From assembly GCA_017404385.1 (NCBI GenBank), contig JAFRCK010000017.1, positions 3,419-67,418 of the forward strand: a stretch of 64,000 bases of DNA. The letters are read 5' to 3'. This DNA comes from Bacilli bacterium. Lineage in GTDB: Bacteria; Bacillota_I; Bacilli_A; RF39; UBA660. Shown here one piece after another: positions 45,053 to 56,000 of the stretch (position 1 is the stretch's first letter; each line of letters begins with the position of its first letter). A program made the translations under genes and the position numbers. Under the pieces are notes generated by a model. It was given only the letters and a program-made list of their open reading frames with translations. It had not been told where the DNA came from and did not search any database.

Positions 45053-47466
45053 TGTATAATTTCAAGGAAGTAGAAAAAAAATGGATAGATTATTGGGATA
45101 AAAATAAAACATTTAAAACTGATACAACTGATTTTAGCAAACCTAAGTATTATGCTTTAGATATGTTTCCTTATCCATCCGGTGTGGGATTACACGCAGG
45201 ACACGTTGAAGGGTATACAGCAACTGATATAGTAGCAAGAATGAAAAGAATGCAAGGTTTTAATGTTCTTCATCCAATTGGATATGATTCATTTGGTTTA
45301 CCAGCAGAACAATTTGCAATTAAAACAGGTAAACATCCTGATGGATTTACACAAAAGAACATTGAATATTTTACTAAACAGTTAAAGACAATTGGTTTAT
45401 CATTTGATTGGGATAGATGTATATCTTCTCATGAACCATCATATTATAAATGGACACAATGGATATTTAAAAGATTATATGAGGATGGACTTGCTAAACA
45501 AGTAGATATGCCTGTTAACTGGTGTGAAGAACTTGGTACAGTTCTTGCAAATGATGAAGTTATTGATGGTAAAAGTGAAAGAGGCGGATATCCTGTAGTT
45601 CGTAAAAATATGAAACAATGGGTTATTGATATGCCTAAATATGCAGAAGAATTACTTTCTGGATTAGATAATCTTGATTGGCCAGAATCAACTAAAGAAA
45701 TGCAAAGAAATTGGATTGGTAAATCAACAGGTGTAGAAGTAGATTTTGATATAGTAGGTGGAGGTAAGTTCTCTATTTATACTACATGTATTGAAACTAT
45801 ATATGGAATAACATTTATGGTACTAGCGCCAGAAAATAAATTAGTTGATGAATTAAAAGAAAGAATTACTAACTTCGATGAGGTAGAAAAGTATAGAGAA
45901 GAAACAGCTAAAAAATCTGATTTTGATAGAACAGAAATGAATAAAGATAAATCAGGTGTTAAACTAGAAGGTGTTATGGCTATCAATCCAGTTAATAATA
46001 AAGAAGTACCTATTTATCTTGGAGACTTTGTACTTGCTAGTTATGGAACTGGAGCTGTTATGGCAGTTCCAAGTCATGATCAAAGAGATTATGAATACGC
46101 TACTAAGTATAATATTCCTATGATTCAAGTAATTGATGGAAAAGATACAAAAGAATGTGCATTTGAAAAACAAGATTATCTTGGTAAAGGATGTAAATTA
46201 ATTAATAGTGAAGAATTTACTGGTTTAACTGTAGAAGAAGCTAAAGAAGCAATAACTGATAAATTAGTAAAAATGGGTAAAGGTAGAAAACAAGTTAACT
46301 ATAGAATTAGAGAATGGATATTTGCAAGACAAAGATATTGGGGAGAACCAATACCTATAGTTAACTTTGAAGATGGTACTCAAGAAGCATTAGATGATAG
46401 TAAATTACCATTAATATTGCCAGAACTTTCTGATTATAAAGGAAGAAATGGAAAAGCACCACTTGAAAGTGCAACTGAATGGAAAAATGTTACTATAAAT
46501 GGTAAAAAAGGTACTTTAGAAACATCTACTATGCCTGGTTCTGCTGCATCATCATGGTATTTCTTAAGATATATAGATCCTAAAAATGATAATGAATTTG
46601 GTGATAAGAAATTGATTGATCATTGGATGCCAGTAGATTTATATGTTGGTGGACCAGAACATGCTGTAGGACATTTGTTATATTCAAGAATGTGGAATGA
46701 GTATTTATACGATAAAGGATTAGTTGGAGTAAAAGAACCATTTACTAAATTAGTTCATCAAGGAATGATATTAGGAAGTAATGGTTTAAAGATGGGAAAA
46801 AGATATCCAGAATATGCTGTTGATCCAATTGATGTTGCTAGTGAATATGGAGCTGATACATTAAGACTTTATGAAATGTTTATGGGACCATTAGAAGCTG
46901 AAAAACCATGGAGTGAAGAAGGAGTTAATGGTGCTAAAAAGTTTATTGATAAAGTATATAGAATGTTTATGGAAGAATCAAAGATAAAAGAAGAAAAGAA
47001 TTCTAACTTAGATAAAATATATAATCAGACAGTTAAAAAAGTAACTGAAGATTATGAAAAATTATCATTTAATACAGCTATATCTCAATTAATGATATTC
47101 TTAAATGCAGTACAAAAAGAAGACGTATTCCCTAAAGAATATGCTGAAGGATTTATAAAATTGTTAAATCCTATCGCACCTTTTGTTACTGAAGAAATAT
47201 GGAATAAGCTAGGTCATAATGATACAATATCCTATGAACCATGGCCAACATTTGATGAATCAAAAATGATTGAGGATACATTTGAAATGGTAGTTCAAGT
47301 AAATGGAAAAGTAAGAGGTAAAATAGAAGTTGATTCTAATACTTCAGAAGAAAATATGAAAAAACTAGCTAAAGAAGTAGAAAATGTAAAGAACTATTTA
47401 GATGGACACGAAATAATAAAAGAAATTGTTATCCCTAAAAAACTAGTTAGTTTTGTTATTAAATAA
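45052..47466 (+). CDS. leuS: leucyl-tRNA synthetase
   Basis: HIGH region PYPSGVGLHAGHVEGY. Editing and anticodon-binding regions collinear with LeuRS. 804 aa. Terminator 47464-47497. Confidence 0.9.
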   Translation: MYNFKEVEKKWIDYWDKNKTFKTDTTDFSKPKYYALDMFPYPSGVGLHAGHVEGYTATDIVARMKRMQGFNVLHPIGYDSFGLPAEQFAIKTGKHPDGFTQKNIEYFTKQLKTIGLSFDWDRCISSHEPSYYKWTQWIFKRLYEDGLAKQVDMPVNWCEELGTVLANDEVIDGKSERGGYPVVRKNMKQWVIDMPKYAEELLSGLDNLDWPESTKEMQRNWIGKSTGVEVDFDIVGGGKFSIYTTCIETIYGITFMVLAPENKLVDELKERITNFDEVEKYREETAKKSDFDRTEMNKDKSGVKLEGVMAINPVNNKEVPIYLGDFVLASYGTGAVMAVPSHDQRDYEYATKYNIPMIQVIDGKDTKECAFEKQDYLGKGCKLINSEEFTGLTVEEAKEAITDKLVKMGKGRKQVNYRIREWIFARQRYWGEPIPIVNFEDGTQEALDDSKLPLILPELSDYKGRNGKAPLESATEWKNVTINGKKGTLETSTMPGSAASSWYFLRYIDPKNDNEFGDKKLIDHWMPVDLYVGGPEHAVGHLLYSRMWNEYLYDKGLVGVKEPFTKLVHQGMILGSNGLKMGKRYPEYAVDPIDVASEYGADTLRLYEMFMGPLEAEKPWSEEGVNGAKKFIDKVYRMFMEESKIKEEKNSNLDKIYNQTVKKVTEDYEKLSFNTAISQLMIFLNAVQKEDVFPKEYAEGFIKLLNPIAPFVTEEIWNKLGHNDTISYEPWPTFDESKMIEDTFEMVVQVNGKVRGKIEVDSNTSEENMKKLAKEVENVKNYLDGHEIIKEIVIPKKLVSFVIK

Positions 47467-47594
47467 GAGAAACTTTAAAGAGTTTCTCTTATTTTACAAA
47501 AAAGTGATTATAAAGTGACAAATATAAATGTAAAATAATTATTATTTGAATATTTTTTGTATTACAATATGCTATTATTAAAATGGTGATAGAT

Positions 47595-48125
47595 ATGAGT
47601 GAAGATGTATTTCAAATTATAATAGTATTCTTGTCAATGTTTTATTATTTGATGGGCCTTATAATATTTGCTGTAAAATATGAAAAATCTTATAATACTG
47701 ATAAAAAATTAATGTTTAATAAAAAACAAACAATTATTACTATTTCATATTTTTTAATAGGTTTTGTGTTTTTTTACTTTCTAGGTGGTGTTGCTACAAT
47801 ATTTTTACCAATTACATTAATACCATTAAGCATTCTAATTTTTCTATGGTTTAACAAAGTTAATTTTAGAATAAGAATGCTTGTTCTTTTTACTATATTA
47901 TTTTTATTCTTTTTTTCAGGATTAGTGATGAATTTAAGAAACTTTAAATATTTAGAACATGATGCTTCTAATATATTTGGTTTAATAATACTTGCTCTAA
48001 TGACTGCTTTTTGGGGTTATGGTGTATATTATTATATAGCTAAAAAAGATGTTACGGTTGAAAAAGATGTCTATTATGATGAAGATGACAATGAAAAAAA
48101 GAATAATAATAAGAAAACTAAATAG
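47595..48125 (+). CDS. small polytopic membrane protein, unknown function
   Basis: GGTGA RBS. 5 TM. Acidic C-tail. Confidence 0.45.
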   Translation: MSEDVFQIIIVFLSMFYYLMGLIIFAVKYEKSYNTDKKLMFNKKQTIITISYFLIGFVFFYFLGGVATIFLPITLIPLSILIFLWFNKVNFRIRMLVLFTILFLFFFSGLVMNLRNFKYLEHDASNIFGLIILALMTAFWGYGVYYYIAKKDVTVEKDVYYDEDDNEKKNNNKKTK

Positions 48126-48173
48126 TTTTCTTTTTTTTATATAAATGGTAAAATAACTAAAGAAGGTGTTGTT

Positions 48174-49040
48174 ATGAATATTACTAATTTTGATGAATAT
48201 AAAATACTTGATATGGCTGATGGAGAAAAAGTTGAGAGTTGGAATGGAAAAATACTTAGAAGACCAGATCCTCAGATTATATGGAAAGAAAAGAGTAATC
48301 CTGAAATATGGAAAAAAGTAGATGCTACATATCATAGAAGTTCTACTGGCGGAGGAGCATGGAAAAAAAATAAAAAGATTCCAGATTCTTGGCAAGTACA
48401 TTATAAAGATTTAACTTTTAATATTAAGTTAATGGGATTTAAACATACTGGTTTATTTCCAGAACAAGCATCTAACTGGGATTATATGATTGATAAGATT
48501 AAGAAGTCAGAAAGAAAAATAAAAGTTTTAAATTTATTCGCATATACTGGTGGAGCTACAGTTGCGTGTGCTTATGCTGGAGCGGATGTTGTTCATGTTG
48601 ATTCATCTAGAGGTATGGTTGATTGGGCTAAAGAAAATATTAAAAGTTCCAATTTAGAAGATAAATTTGTTAGATTTATAGTAGATGATTGCATTAAATT
48701 TGTTCAAAGAGAGATAAGAAGAGGAAATAAATATGATGCTATCATTATGGATCCACCATCATTTGGAAGAGGCGCTAATAAAGAAGTATGGAGAGTAGAA
48801 GATAATTTATATGAACTAGTTGAATTATGTAAGGAAGTACTTAGCAATGATCCTTTATTCTTTTTAATTAATTCATATACTACTGGAATAAGTAGTACTG
48901 TTCTTAAAAATATATTAGAACTAACTATTAATAAAAAATATAAAGGAATAGTTGCTAATGGAGAAATAGGTTTACCAATGGAAAATAGTAATATAATATT
49001 ACCATGTGGCATATATGGAAGATGGGAAAAAAATGAATAA
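48174..49040 (+). CDS. class I SAM-dependent RNA methyltransferase (RlmI/RlmK-like Methyltrans_SAM family)
   Basis: FAYTGGATVACAYAGA SAM motif I. IMDPPSFGRG motif IV. Confidence 0.55.
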   Translation: MNITNFDEYKILDMADGEKVESWNGKILRRPDPQIIWKEKSNPEIWKKVDATYHRSSTGGGAWKKNKKIPDSWQVHYKDLTFNIKLMGFKHTGLFPEQASNWDYMIDKIKKSERKIKVLNLFAYTGGATVACAYAGADVVHVDSSRGMVDWAKENIKSSNLEDKFVRFIVDDCIKFVQREIRRGNKYDAIIMDPPSFGRGANKEVWRVEDNLYELVELCKEVLSNDPLFFLINSYTTGISSTVLKNILELTINKKYKGIVANGEIGLPMENSNIILPCGIYGRWEKNE

Positions 49041-49707
49041 GATAAATGTACTTTATGAAGATAATCATATTATAGTAGTAGAAAAACCTGTTAATATGTT
49101 AGTACAGGCTGATGATACTAAAGATTTAGATTTACTTACTATGATAAAAGATTATATAAAAGAAAAATATAATAAACCAGGTAATGTATATTTAGGCCTT
49201 GTTCATAGATTAGATAGACCAGTAGGTGGAGTAATGGTTTTTGCAAGAACTTCTAAAGCAGCATCTCGTCTATCTAATGAAGTAAGAGAAAGAAGCATTA
49301 AAAAAACATATTTAGCTGTAGTACATGGTAAAACAAAAGATCATGATAGATTAGTAGATTATATTTCTAAAGATAATAAAACTAATAACGCTTATATAGA
49401 TAAAAAAAGTGGCAAAGAAAGTATTTTAGAATATGATACTTTAAAGTATGATAAAAAAAATGACTTATCATTAATAAAAGTAAATCTAAAAACTGGTCGC
49501 CATCATCAAATAAGATTACAAATGTCTAACTCTGGTTATCCTTTATATGGTGATCAAAGATATGGTTTACAAGATAAAAAACAAATAGCGTTATATGCAT
49601 ACAAACTAGAGTTCTTTCATCCGGTAACACATGAACTAATGTCATTTAAATTGTTACCGAAAGAAGAAGGCGGTTTTAGTATATTAGAAGGAGTTGTTGG
49701 TTTATGA
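49033..49707 (+). CDS. RluA-family pseudouridine synthase (no S4 domain)
   Basis: VHRLDRPVGGVMVFARTSKAASRL catalytic Asp motif. Start uncertain (ATGs at 49006, 49015, 49033). Confidence 0.7.
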   Translation: MNKINVLYEDNHIIVVEKPVNMLVQADDTKDLDLLTMIKDYIKEKYNKPGNVYLGLVHRLDRPVGGVMVFARTSKAASRLSNEVRERSIKKTYLAVVHGKTKDHDRLVDYISKDNKTNNAYIDKKSGKESILEYDTLKYDKKNDLSLIKVNLKTGRHHQIRLQMSNSGYPLYGDQRYGLQDKKQIALYAYKLEFFHPVTHELMSFKLLPKEEGGFSILEGVVGL

Positions 49708-50201
49708 AAAACTTATATATAGATTTTGATGGAGTAATTTTAGATACTATTACTCCAGTATATAATTTAGCCAAGAAGTTAAATTTAGATGTAAAAAAAC
49801 AAAGTAAAGAAATAGGACTTTTATATTCTAAAATAGATTGGGAATCATTAATTGAAGAAAGTGAAGAGTTATCAAATAGTATTAATTCTATTAAGGATTT
49901 AAAAGCATCAGGTAAGTTTAATATATCTATATTAACTCATATAAATTCATTAAAAGAAGCAAAAGCTAAGATAGAATTTATTAATAGTTTATTTGATGAT
50001 TTAACAATAATACCTGTTCCTAAATCATGTTCTAAGACCATGATGACTCAAACTAAAGATGCTATATTAGTAGATGATTTTGGAGGTAATTTAAGAGAGT
50101 GGGAAGCATCTGGTGGTATAGGAGTTAAGTTTACTAAAGAACCAGAAAAATGTGAATTTAAAAATGTAACATCTTTAGAAGATTTATTGGAGTTATTCTA
50201 A
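49704..50201 (+). CDS. HAD-superfamily hydrolase, 5'(3')-deoxyribonucleotidase-like
   Basis: LYIDFDGVILDT motif I. 165 aa. Confidence 0.45.
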   Translation: MKNLYIDFDGVILDTITPVYNLAKKLNLDVKKQSKEIGLLYSKIDWESLIEESEELSNSINSIKDLKASGKFNISILTHINSLKEAKAKIEFINSLFDDLTIIPVPKSCSKTMMTQTKDAILVDDFGGNLREWEASGGIGVKFTKEPEKCEFKNVTSLEDLLELF

Positions 50202-50764
50202 TGGAAATAGAAAAAAGGGTTGTAGGTGTTTACCAAGAAAACTGTTATCTAATAAAAAAAGGAAACAATGGTTTAATAATAGACCCAGGAGATGATATTG
50301 ATTCAATTTTAGAAATGATTGGAGATACTAAAATAGAGGCTATTCTTATAACTCATGCTCATTTTGATCACATAGGTGCGTTAGAAGAACTAGAATCTAA
50401 ATTACATGTTCCTATTTATTACCATAATATTAATGGTGAATTAAATTATAAAGAACTAGTAGATATTAAAGAAGACATTTATAAAACTAATAGTTTTACT
50501 TTTAAAGTAATTTATACTCCTGGTCATAGAAATGATTCAGTATGCTTTTATTTTTATGAATATGACATTATGTTTACAGGAGATTTCTTATTTTATTTAA
50601 GTATAGGAAGAACAGATATGGAATATGCAGATAAATATGAAATGATTAAATCAATTAATCTAATAAAAACTTATCCAGATAAAACTATGATCTATCCTGG
50701 GCATGGAACTGATACTACTTTAGAATTTGAAAAAAAATATAATAACTATCTAAAAATCAGATAG
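50201..50764 (+). CDS. MBL-fold metallo-hydrolase
   Basis: ILITHAHFDHIGAL HxHxDH motif. Confidence 0.7.
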   Translation: MEIEKRVVGVYQENCYLIKKGNNGLIIDPGDDIDSILEMIGDTKIEAILITHAHFDHIGALEELESKLHVPIYYHNINGELNYKELVDIKEDIYKTNSFTFKVIYTPGHRNDSVCFYFYEYDIMFTGDFLFYLSIGRTDMEYADKYEMIKSINLIKTYPDKTMIYPGHGTDTTLEFEKKYNNYLKIR

Positions 50765-50874
50765 TTTTTTATTTACAAATTAAAAATCATATTGTATAAT
50801 TTAATTAGGATATGATAGTAAACAAAGTCAGTCCTATATATTAATAAATAGTCGAAGGGAGGTGAATGGTTAAA

Positions 50875-51543
50875 ATGGAATTTCCAAAAGGTGGATTCGT
50901 AACAGAAGTTTCACAAATAAGAACATTAGCAAGACAAATTAATAAAGATGTTTGCACAGCATATAAACAAGCAAATTTAGCAAAAGCTGATTGGCAAGGT
51001 GATCAATATGATGAAATGGTTAAAATTTTCCAAACTTACAAATCAAAAATTGATAGTATGTTGGAATTAGTTGTTACAAATATTCCAACATCATTAGAGA
51101 CAATTTCAAATATTGGTATAGCAACTTATCAATCAAAATATGGATCACAAGTTTCGCCAGATACTGCTGCTGTAGAAACTCCAACTGCCCTTGAAACACT
51201 TACAGAATCAGGTAGAGGTGGATCATGGCTTAGTGGAGATTATGCTGACTTATCAATTGTTCGACCATATATAACTGAAGTTAATACATCTATAGAATCA
51301 GCAAAAAAAGCTTTAAAAGACATTAATGGTAAAGTACAAGGCCTTACATCTTGGACAGGTCCAGATGCAACAAAATATAAAGAACAATTAAGCACTTTAG
51401 CAGGTGACTTAGATAAGAATTTCACTACTATGAATGAGAATTTTGAAACTTTAGCAACAGAAGCTGTAAATAAACTTAAAGCACAGCAAGATGCTGGTTC
51501 TAAAATTGCAGGCGGTGGTAGTGCAGGAGCAAGTAATATATAA
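50875..51543 (+). CDS. tandem WXG100-like protein (two W-x-G motifs)
   Basis: ADWQGDQYDEM (50992-51000) and TSWTGPDATKY (51352-51360), each centred in a roughly 100-aa helical half. GGGAGGTGA RBS. Confidence 0.55.
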   Translation: MEFPKGGFVTEVSQIRTLARQINKDVCTAYKQANLAKADWQGDQYDEMVKIFQTYKSKIDSMLELVVTNIPTSLETISNIGIATYQSKYGSQVSPDTAAVETPTALETLTESGRGGSWLSGDYADLSIVRPYITEVNTSIESAKKALKDINGKVQGLTSWTGPDATKYKEQLSTLAGDLDKNFTTMNENFETLATEAVNKLKAQQDAGSKIAGGGSAGASNI

Positions 51544-51547
51544 TAAT

Positions 51548-51612
51548 AAAGATCTTTGCATACGCAAAGTCTTTAGTCAGAGAGTATTATTTGATAATAG
51601 TACTTTCTGACT
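51548..51612 (+). other. pair of adjacent strong stem-loops without U-tract
   Basis: AAAGATCTTTGC atac GCAAAGTCTTT and AGTCAGAGAGTA(14-nt loop)TACTTTCTGACT. Confidence 0.5.
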
Positions 51613-51633
51613 AGAGGAAAGGGGACTTTTTTC

Positions 51634-51921
51634 ATGGAATTAAGTGTATCAGGATTAAAAAAAGATGCAACTAAAATTGAAAATTTTAATAAGAATCTTG
51701 ATAATGATTATTTAAAAATACTTAGTGCACTTTCAACATTAGAAAAAATATGGACAGGTCCAAGAGCTGAAAGTTTTTATGATGCAATAAAAAGTATATA
51801 TTTAAAAGAATTAAAAGAAGTTATTAAAAGTTTAGATGATTATAGAAATTATGTGAATAGTGTTCCAAATGTGTATCAAACTCTAGATAGAAGTTATACA
51901 AATAAAAAAATTGATGTGTAG
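51634..51921 (+). CDS. WXG100 family protein (EsxA-like)
   Basis: 95 aa with central WTGPRAESF. GAGGAAAGGGGA RBS. Confidence 0.6.
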   Translation: MELSVSGLKKDATKIENFNKNLDNDYLKILSALSTLEKIWTGPRAESFYDAIKSIYLKELKEVIKSLDDYRNYVNSVPNVYQTLDRSYTNKKIDV

Positions 51922-51930
51922 GTGATTTAT

Positions 51931-52245
51931 ATGATATTTAACGAAGAAGAATTTCCAAATTCCATTCAGGCTTTTAATAAAATATATCAATCAATGGTAC
52001 GTACTAAGGAAAGCATGGAAACAATATTAAAAGATGTAAAGAATAATTGGCAAAGTAGTGCCTCAGATCAATTAATTATAAATATTAGAAATTCAATAAA
52101 AAAATTAGATACATATATAAATCAGGTTAGCAAAATTAAAGACTATATGGATGAAACTTTAGATCTATATTTAACTAATCAAGCAACTGGTATTAAAATA
52201 GCTGACGAAGCTCTTAATTCATCTGGTTCTATCAAGGAGGAATAA
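51931..52245 (+). CDS. WXG100-like small helical protein (WQS variant)
   Basis: 104 aa. NNWQSSASDQ central motif. GTAGGTGA RBS. Confidence 0.4.
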   Translation: MIFNEEEFPNSIQAFNKIYQSMVRTKESMETILKDVKNNWQSSASDQLIINIRNSIKKLDTYINQVSKIKDYMDETLDLYLTNQATGIKIADEALNSSGSIKEE

Positions 52246-52247
52246 TA

Positions 52248-52712
52248 ATGGCTTATGAGAATGTTGATGTAAATAAGGCAAGAATGGCTGTTAATAGCTG
52301 TTTAAATTCTTTACGTCATGGTGCTTGTGACAATTTTTTATCTGGATTAAGAAATAGTAATGAATGGGTTGCTGATAGTAAGTCAACCTTTTTGACTGGC
52401 ATAGATACTTTAGCAAATACTAGATATGTTGAATTAAAAAACTATTTAAATAAGTGTTTAGTGGCACTAGATAACATAGAAAAATATCAAAATTTACAGA
52501 ATCAAACAGCAACATATAATTCACAAATACAAGGTAAAAGAACAGAATTAAAAAATCAAAAAGAAAGATATAACAAAATGGATGATAAAACAACTACAGA
52601 AGCTAAAAATACCAAGAAAAAAATAGATACTTTAGAATCAGATATTAAGTCTTTAAGTTCTAAGGTGTCAAGTAATAGTACTGGTATGAGTGGTATTCAT
52701 TTAGATATTTAA
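52248..52712 (+). CDS. small helical protein, possible divergent WXG/T7SS-associated
   Basis: 154 aa. NEWVADSKSTF. AAGGAGG RBS. Terminator 52722-52753. Confidence 0.35.
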   Translation: MAYENVDVNKARMAVNSCLNSLRHGACDNFLSGLRNSNEWVADSKSTFLTGIDTLANTRYVELKNYLNKCLVALDNIEKYQNLQNQTATYNSQIQGKRTELKNQKERYNKMDDKTTTEAKNTKKKIDTLESDIKSLSSKVSSNSTGMSGIHLDI

Positions 52713-52760
52713 AATAATGCCAAAAAGTTATAAATAGTTATAACTTTTTTTTTATACTCA

Positions 52761-52790
52761 TTGACATAGATTAACAAAAAATAGTATAAT
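52761..52790 (+). promoter_or_regulatory. sigma-A promoter TTGACA-18-TATAAT for yukD-essC
   Basis: Consensus hexamers at 52761-52766 and 52785-52790. Confidence 0.5.
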
Positions 52791-52821
52791 TTTATATAGA
52801 TAATAATAAGGGATGGTTAGT

Positions 52822-53061
52822 ATGAATAATAAGATTTTAGTGGTAATATATTCACCATTAGTAGATAAAGAATTCGATGTGTTTATTCCTATAAATAAGA
52901 AGGTAGGAACTATAAAAAATATCATTTCTCAATCTATTAATTTTTTAGACTTGGGTTCAGAACATATTATAATTAATAAAGAAGATAATAAAATAGTAGA
53001 TGATAATGTCTACGTAGTTAATTCTGGAATAAAGAATGGGGCTAGATTAATACTTATATAA
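52822..53061 (+). CDS. YukD/EsaB-like ubiquitin-fold T7SS protein
   Basis: About 80 aa. ILVVIYSPLVDKEFDVFIPINKKVGTIKNII beta-grasp-like pattern. Immediately upstream of essC. Confidence 0.55.
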   Translation: MNNKILVVIYSPLVDKEFDVFIPINKKVGTIKNIISQSINFLDLGSEHIIINKEDNKIVDDNVYVVNSGIKNGARLILI

Positions 53062-53084
53062 AAGAATAAAGGGTGGGTGAAATT

Positions 53085-56000
53085 ATGAGAATTTCATTAT
53101 TAAAAGAAGAAAAACTATTGGTTTATAATTTACCTGAAAAAGTTGAAGGAAATTATTGGTTAAGTGAAACTGATAATAATGGTATAGAAAAAAATATAAT
53201 TAATGTTGAATCTACATCAGATGGTAAATGGAAATTAGTAAGTAATAGTGATTACTATGTTGCTGATAATTCTAAAAAAATACCATTTGCTCTTTTAGGT
53301 GGAAATAATATTTATACTGTAAATCATGCTTATTCTTTAAATAATCTTTTATTATTTACTAGTCCATCTTATGAAAAGGATATGAAATATTATAATTGTA
53401 CTAATAATATTAATATGGGTATTTCAATAGGAAGAAATGAAAAATGTACAATTACATTTGGGTTGAACTATGTAGGAGATACTGATTTAATAATAAAGTC
53501 TGAAAACAATATTATCACTTTATTTGCGCGAGAAGGAAAATATAATGTCTTTGTGAATGGTAAAAAAGTTATTGGCAAAACTCAAATAGAATCAGGAGAT
53601 ACTATATTCTATTTGGGTTTACAAATTACATTTTTAATAATAAATAATGATTATATTATAGGTGTTAATAATCCATTTAATACTGTTAAGGCATATTTAC
53701 CAGAATATAATATAAAAAAACATAAAGGTAATAAAGTAGAAGAACAAGACGAAGATAAAGAAATGGAACTTTATTCACAAGAAGATTATTTCTATAGAAA
53801 ACCTAGGTTTAAATATACAATAAATGAATATAAGATTCGAGTAGATGAACCGCCTACTAAAGAAGATGGAGATGAAATGCCTGCTATATTAACAGTCGGA
53901 CCAATGTTAACAATGAGTTTGACATCAATTATTACAATGTATACAACTATTAACAATATAAACAATGGTAATCAAACAGCTCAGCAAGCTTTACCTCAAC
54001 TTGTTATAGGTGGAGTAATGATTCTTAGTTGTTTATTCTGGCCAATGATTATAAGTGCATTTAGTAAGCATCTAAAAAAGAAAAAAGAAAAGAAAAGACA
54101 ATTAAAGTATGGTGAATATGTTGATTCGATTAAAACTAAACTTAACAATCAAAAGAAGATACAAGAAGATTTATATCATAAAAGATTCCCAAGTTTAATT
54201 GATTGTGAAAAAATAATACAAAACAAAGAAGATAGATTATATGAAAAAAGAGTATATGATGAAGATTTTTTAGAAATAAGTTTAGGCACAGGCACATTAC
54301 CAATGAATGTAGATGTTGATCTACCTGGAGAACATTTTTCGCTTGCAGAAGATGTTATGCTAAATAAGCTTGATGAAATAAAGAATTATAGAGTAGAACT
54401 AAATAATGTTCCTATACCTTTTTCGTTAAGAGAAAACTTTATATCAGCTATTATAGGAAAACCAGCCTTACAACAAAAAATGATTAATAATATATTACTT
54501 CAATTAATGACTTTCCAAAGCTATGAGTCGCTTAAAATTTCTGTATTTACATCAAAAGACAAAGCAAGAAATTGGGATTCATTAAAAACTTTGCCTCATA
54601 TATGGACAAATGGTATGAACATGAGATTTTTTGCTACTGATGAAAAAGAATACAAAGAAGTAACTTATGTTTTAGATCATATCTATGCTGATAGGCTTGA
54701 AAAAATAGGTGAAAATAATGATGCAACATTAGAATCATTTAATGAACTATATTTAATAATTGTAGATACTTATACTGCTGTTAGAAATATGGAATTATTT
54801 AATCATATAATTGGTAATAAAAAGTATTTAGGTTTTAGTGTTTTGATATTAAATGATAGAATATCTAATTTACCAGATCAATGTCAAACATTTATAGAAT
54901 TAGAGGAGACAGAATCTAAGGTATCAAAAAACATTTCTAATAGCACTACTCAAAAATTTAAAATAGATATGACTCCTATTGAACTCACAAAATGCGTTAC
55001 TAAATTATCTAGTATTCCCTTAGAATTAAAAAATGAAGGAGAAGGTGCAATACCAAAAAAAGTTGGATTCCTTGAAATGTTCGGACTAGGTAAAATAGAA
55101 CAATTTAATTCAAAATTAAGATGGAAAGAAAATACTCCTATTAAAAATATGTCTGTTCCTGTTGGAATTGGTAATAATGATGAAAAAATAACATTAGATA
55201 TACATGAAAAATATCATGGACCACATGGTCTTATTGCAGGTATGACAGGATCTGGTAAGTCAGAATTTATAATTACATATATTTTGTCATTGGCAGTAAC
55301 ATTCCATCCTTATGAAGTTCAATTTATATTAATTGACTACAAAGGTGGAGGATTAGCAGGTGCATTTGAGAATCAATCTATAGGTATTAAATTACCACAT
55401 TTAGTTGGTGTTATTACAAACTTAGATAAAAATGAAATTAATAGATCTTTAGCCTCTATTGAATCTGAGTTAAAGAGAAGACAAGCTTTATTTAATAAGG
55501 CAAGAGAAGCAAGTGAGGAAAGCACAATTGATATTTATAAATATCAAGAAATGTATAGAAAAGGCATAGTTGATGAACCTATATCTCACTTATTAATAAT
55601 TGCAGATGAGTTTGCTGAATTAAAACAACAACAACCTGAATTTATGGAACAACTAATATCTACAGCTAGAATTGGTCGTAGTTTAGGTGTACATCTTATA
55701 CTAGCTACTCAAAAACCTAGTGGTGTTGTTGATTCACAAATTTGGAGTAATACCAGATTTAGAGTTTGTTTAAGAGTTCAAGAAACTGGTGATTCATCAG
55801 AAGTAATAAAAAGACCAGATGCAGCTTATTTAACAACAACAGGTAGATTTTACTTACAAGTAGGTTTTAATGAAGTATTTGTATTAGGTCAATCTGCTTG
55901 GGCTGGAGGTAAGTATTTGCCTTCGGAAAATATCAAGAAAAACATTGATACTTCAGTTAGTTTTGTGGATAATAATGGTTATATTAAACAATCTATTGAA

